The notes below the pieces were generated by a model. The model was not told where the DNA came from. It saw only the letters and a program-made list of their open reading frames with translations, and ran no database searches. The position numbers and the translations under genes were made by a program. From a virus: a DNA stretch of 64,000 nt. This document shows positions 61,238 to 64,000 of this stretch, piece after piece. Each line of letters begins with the position of its first letter. The first letter of the stretch is position 1. The stretch lies in IMG/VR virus record IMGVR_UViG_3300022468_000627, positions 27,892-91,891 of that record; one strand, 5' to 3'.

Positions 61238-61912
61238 TCAGACCTTCATCATGTCGAGGGTCATGCCGGTGCGCGCGTTGAGCGCCGCCAGGCGCTGCAT
61301 GATCCGCTGCTGGCACTCGGGGCTTTCCTTCCCGATCTCGTCGATGATGGTCTCGTAGAAGTTCTGCATCGTCCGCAGGTCCCACACCTCCTGCACCGCC
61401 TTGATGGCGGTCTCCAGCAGGTGCGCGCGCCGCACGATGGACTTGTCGAACGCCGCCGGGTTGTTGATCGCCTCGACGGGGTTGCCGTCCTTGTCGCGCT
61501 TCAAGGCGTAGGTGCGCAGCATCTGGGCGTCGCCATACAGGCGTTGGATTTCCGCAACAAAGTCGATCGTGCGCAGCCCTTCGTCGCCGTGCTTGGCGAT
61601 GTAGGCCGGGCTGGGCGCGGCCGGCAGGTGGTCGACGATCGGCTCAGCCTCGGGCGCCAGCTTCTCGCGCATCTTCGAGCCGTTGCGCGTGGTGGGGAAC
61701 TTCTTGACGCTGGCCGCCAGCCGGTCGCGGGCCCGGTTCAGGTCGGTCGGCCGGGGCGTCTCGTTGCGGGCCTGGCGCAGCCAACGCCACTTGGTCTGGT
61801 CGTGCACGTCCGGGAACTGGTCGAGCACGAGGCGCCAGTCTTTGGCGCCGTGGACGGCCATGTGCGCGTGCACGGCCTCGATGAATTTCGCTTTGCTGGG
61901 ATGGTCTGCCAT
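61238..61912 (-). CDS. Putative terminase small subunit
   Basis: 224-aa ORF abutting the large-subunit start. Called on position and size only. Confidence 0.5.
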   Translation of the reverse strand: MADHPSKAKFIEAVHAHMAVHGAKDWRLVLDQFPDVHDQTKWRWLRQARNETPRPTDLNRARDRLAASVKKFPTTRNGSKMREKLAPEAEPIVDHLPAAPSPAYIAKHGDEGLRTIDFVAEIQRLYGDAQMLRTYALKRDKDGNPVEAINNPAAFDKSIVRRAHLLETAIKAVQEVWDLRTMQNFYETIIDEIGKESPECQQRIMQRLAALNARTGMTLDMMKV

Positions 61913-61918
61913 GCCCCG

Positions 61919-61934
61919 ATAGTAGCGTCACGAA
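61919..61934 (-). promoter_or_regulatory. Conserved late-promoter-like motif (copy m)
   Basis: Minus strand TTCGTGAC GC TACTAT, then CGGGGC, then ATG 61912. Confidence 0.5.
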
Positions 61935-62055
61935 TTCGCGGCCACGCTATCAGGCATCGTCGCGCCCGAGCAGCGCCCGAACCATCAAGCGATGCTTGAC
62001 AGTTGAGCATTGGCGCGGGTTTCCGGGTGGTTCGCGACAGACTCAAAGTCTGTTT

Positions 62056-62267
62056 TCAGTCCGGCTTGCCCGCCCCGCAGACCGCGCACCACCAGGTGCC
62101 GTGGCCCGGGGCCTCGGGATCCTCGCGGAAGTTGGCGGGCCACTGGTCGCGCGGCAGCAGCAGGGTCTCGAACCGTGGCCCATGGGCGTGCGGGCGGCGC
62201 CGTAGTAGGGCACCAGCACGTAGCCGTCGGGGTCGGTGCAGGCGGGCAGGTCATGGGGCGGCTCCAA
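62056..62267 (-). pseudogene. Small Cys-containing gene whose coding signal switches frame (-1) midway
   Basis: High-GC3 frame from TTG 62267 (EPPHDLPACTDPDGYVLVPYYGAARTPMGH). A different high-GC3 frame follows from about 62170 to TGA 62056-62058 (RFETLLLPRDQWPANFREDPEAPGHGTWWCAVCGAGKPD*). Confidence 0.35.
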
Positions 62268-62460
62268 TGTCGGCCATCGCCAGCAGCACCTGGGCGAGCT
62301 TGCGTGCCGCCTCGGGCTCCAGCGGCACCGTGAACTGGCGATCCCTGTCGGCTGCCGTCAATTCGACGCGGGAGTTGGTGGCGTTCCACCCCACGGTGAT
62401 CTTGGGTGGCGGCGCAGGGCGCGGAGGTGCTGGAGGCGGCTGGCTGACGTTCCAGCTCAT
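62251..62460 (-). CDS. Hypothetical protein
   Basis: 69-aa ORF, ATGA overlap with the upstream stop. Confidence 0.5.
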   Translation of the reverse strand: MSWNVSQPPPAPPRPAPPPKITVGWNATNSRVELTAADRDRQFTVPLEPEAARKLAQVLLAMADIGAAP

Positions 62461-62828
62461 GGGGCACCTCGGTCGCGGATGGCCTTTTCAATATCAATGG
62501 CCGCCTGGTTGTAACCGTCATCGAATCCGGTCTTGCCGGCAGCGCATGTGCGACGGGCGATGGTTGCGCACGCCTCGCGCTCGGCGGCCATGGCTTCACG
62601 CACAGCGCGCCGCCGCTCGACGCCGGAGCGGACAAGTCGCTCCTTCAAATCGACCACCTCAGTCTGGGCAGCGATGCGAGCAGCACGCTCGGCGGCGGCC
62701 ACCAGGGCGGCGAAGCTCGCCAAGAAAGGCGTCAGGTCTGCGCCCCCCACGAGGGCGCAGGACCCCCGCGAGTCAACCAGCCCCGCCTCGCCCGCCATGC
62801 GCAGGATCTTGTCGCGGGGGGTGGTCAT
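62457..62828 (-). CDS. Hypothetical protein
   Basis: 123 aa from ATG 62828 (ATGA overlap). The track ORF is 5'-extended. Confidence 0.55.
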   Translation of the reverse strand: MTTPRDKILRMAGEAGLVDSRGSCALVGGADLTPFLASFAALVAAAERAARIAAQTEVVDLKERLVRSGVERRRAVREAMAAEREACATIARRTCAAGKTGFDDGYNQAAIDIEKAIRDRGAP

Positions 62829-63094
62829 GACCGCCCCCGCAGAAAGCGTCCCACCCGGCGAGGCCACGGCAGTGGCCCAGGGCGAAGCGACGGCAGTGGG
62901 CGGAGGCCCTCGGCCATGGCCATCAGACGCAGGGTTCGGGCGTCGGCAATGTTGGTGGCCGAGCGCGAAAGCGGGCGCGTGGTTCGGAAGTGAAGCTGCG
63001 CCATTCGGAACATGGCCGGGTTCGGGTGGCGCGGCGCGAGGCAGAAACGCACGCGGTACCGGCGGCCGTGGCGGGAGGCGTAGGGGGTGGTCAT
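62825..63094 (-). CDS. Hypothetical basic protein
   Basis: 89 aa from ATG 63094 (ATGA overlap at both ends) with good GC3. Corresponds to the 3' part of track ORF 62825..63391. Confidence 0.45.
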   Translation of the reverse strand: MTTPYASRHGRRYRVRFCLAPRHPNPAMFRMAQLHFRTTRPLSRSATNIADARTLRLMAMAEGLRPLPSLRPGPLPWPRRVGRFLRGRS

Positions 63095-63423
63095 GCCGCT
63101 CCCCCCGCCAGCATCGCCATGAACACCACCCATGCGATGGCCCAGATCGCCAGCAGCACCATGGTCAGCGACCAGCGCTTGGGCTCGGGCCCAGGCTGCC
63201 CGTTGTGGCCCTGGCACTCGGACCAGCAGCGGCCGCAGGGGGCCAGGCGGCCGGCCAGCGCCGGCCGGGTGTCCAGCGGCGCGGCCTGATGGGCGGGCCA
63301 CTCGATCTCGGGGAATGTGATGTGCGCGCCGGGCGGGCGCTGGGCGTTGCGCAGCTCGTCCACCACGCCGCGCGGGCTGTGTGTCTGGCATTGCGCACCG
63401 AGCTGGTGCTGTTCTTGTTTCAT
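63091..63423 (-). CDS. Hypothetical protein with C-terminal TM anchor
   Basis: 110 aa. C-terminal MVLLAIWAIAWVVFMAMLAGG. ATGA overlap with the upstream stop. Confidence 0.5.
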   Translation of the reverse strand: MKQEQHQLGAQCQTHSPRGVVDELRNAQRPPGAHITFPEIEWPAHQAAPLDTRPALAGRLAPCGRCWSECQGHNGQPGPEPKRWSLTMVLLAIWAIAWVVFMAMLAGGAA

Positions 63424-63857
63424 GGCAATCCTACGGTTTCGCGGATCGACTCCGCTGCATGGATGATGGCGGCCGGCGTGCCAGCCTCAATGATGGTGCG
63501 GGCCCGGTCGCAGGCCGCGCGGAACGCCTGGGCGTCAGCGGCTGTCAGCACGGCGCCGGACGCCGCGCACTGGGTCGCCGCGCTGATCGCGCCACGGATG
63601 ACGCGCAGCTCGGGCGTGTCGGCGCTCTTGACGTCGAACACGTGCACGAAGCCCGCGATGGTCAGCATGGTGACCATGCCCTCCAGCACCTCGGGCGCGT
63701 GCTCGCCCAGCGACATCCAGGCGCGCGTCTGGTCCACCAGCAGGGCATTGAGCCACTGCAGGCGGGTTTTGTTGATCGCACGGGCCTGTGCGGGCGTGTA
63801 GAGCGGCTTCGGCGGTGCCAGGGCAGCTCCACGGTTGAGGACGTCGAACAGGTTCAT
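63420..63857 (-). CDS. Hypothetical protein
   Basis: 145 aa from ATG 63857 (ATGA overlap with the partial upstream gene, GGTGAGG SD-like). The track start at 63950 is rejected. Confidence 0.55.
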   Translation of the reverse strand: MNLFDVLNRGAALAPPKPLYTPAQARAINKTRLQWLNALLVDQTRAWMSLGEHAPEVLEGMVTMLTIAGFVHVFDVKSADTPELRVIRGAISAATQCAASGAVLTAADAQAFRAACDRARTIIEAGTPAAIIHAAESIRETVGLP

Positions 63858-64000
63858 GACCTCACCATCGGGCAGCCGAACGTGCGGCTCTGCAGGCATG
63901 TCGGGCGGCGCACGGCTGTGCTCAGAAGCCCGCAGCCTTCGCAGAGCCACACTGGCGTTTTGTCAGCTGGGTGCCCTGGCAGCAGCGGGCCGCCGGCGGG
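63854..64000 (-). CDS. 3' end of a small zinc-ribbon-like gene (5' end outside the window)
   Basis: Open high-GC3 frame ..PVWLCEGCGLLSTAVRRPTCLQSRTFGCPMVRS* ending in an ATGA overlap with the next gene. Confidence 0.4.
   Translation of the reverse strand, partial: PAGGPLLPGHPADKTPVWLCEGCGLLSTAVRRPTCLQSRTFGCPMVRS

Larger units (their letters stand above)
223..64000. mobile_element. Temperate contractile-tailed (myovirus-type) phage genome or prophage, incomplete at the right window edge
   Basis: Integrase plus tRNA-derived att fragment, lysis cassette, baseplate/fibres, sheath-tube-chaperone-tape measure, capsid/scaffold/protease, MuF, portal and GpA-like terminase fill the window with almost no gaps. 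Confidence 0.9.

Noticed and set aside
62037-62056. Hairpin ACAGACT-CAA-AGTCTGT followed by TTTT on the plus strand
   Set aside because: There is no plus-strand gene upstream to terminate. On the minus strand it lacks a U-tract, and it overlaps the stop of the frame-switched small gene.

Overview
High-GC window (by eye about 65%; codon third positions almost always G/C). It is filled almost end to end by one temperate, contractile-tailed phage genome or prophage, transcribed mostly on the minus strand. In minus-strand order: a chain of small translationally coupled genes (64000-62251), putative small and GpA-like large terminase (61912-59104), an inverted 13-gene plus-strand block (54891-59043; HU, wHTH, lipoprotein, low-GC AraC-type HTH), and portal (54748-53000). 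A roughly 17-kb cargo region then sits between portal and the prohead protease. It holds a RelA/SpoT-synthetase-domain protein, a small acidic ORF, an HD-domain small alarmone hydrolase, about 1 kb of structured non-coding DNA, a MuF-like protein, a pyrophosphatase-like protein, a 2065-aa N6-methylase/SNF2-helicase fusion and a 1522-aa helicase. Downstream come protease, scaffold and major capsid (35616-32583), neck-region genes including a 744-aa Ala-rich protein made of 29 tandem 22-residue units, then sheath, tube, a frameshifted chaperone and tape measure (24778-19095). Baseplate, spike and fibres (19091-4210), a lysis cassette (4177-2426), a 49-nt tRNA-Gly(CCC) 3' fragment (att) and a tyrosine integrase (1494-223) complete the window. 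The most notable non-obvious signals are: (1) a 16-nt promoter-like motif GTCGTGAC-NN-nAnnAT present at least 13 times, usually right after an intrinsic terminator and exactly 6 nt before an ATG, implying leaderless late transcripts; (2) the portal-coupled alarmone synthetase/hydrolase trio; (3) the structured RNA locus; (4) a short peptide motif shared by the cargo proteins; (5) a hidden +1-frame extension of the tail chaperone gene. No rRNA, CRISPR array or intact tRNA was seen. All product calls rest on motifs read by eye, gene order and size, with no database search.
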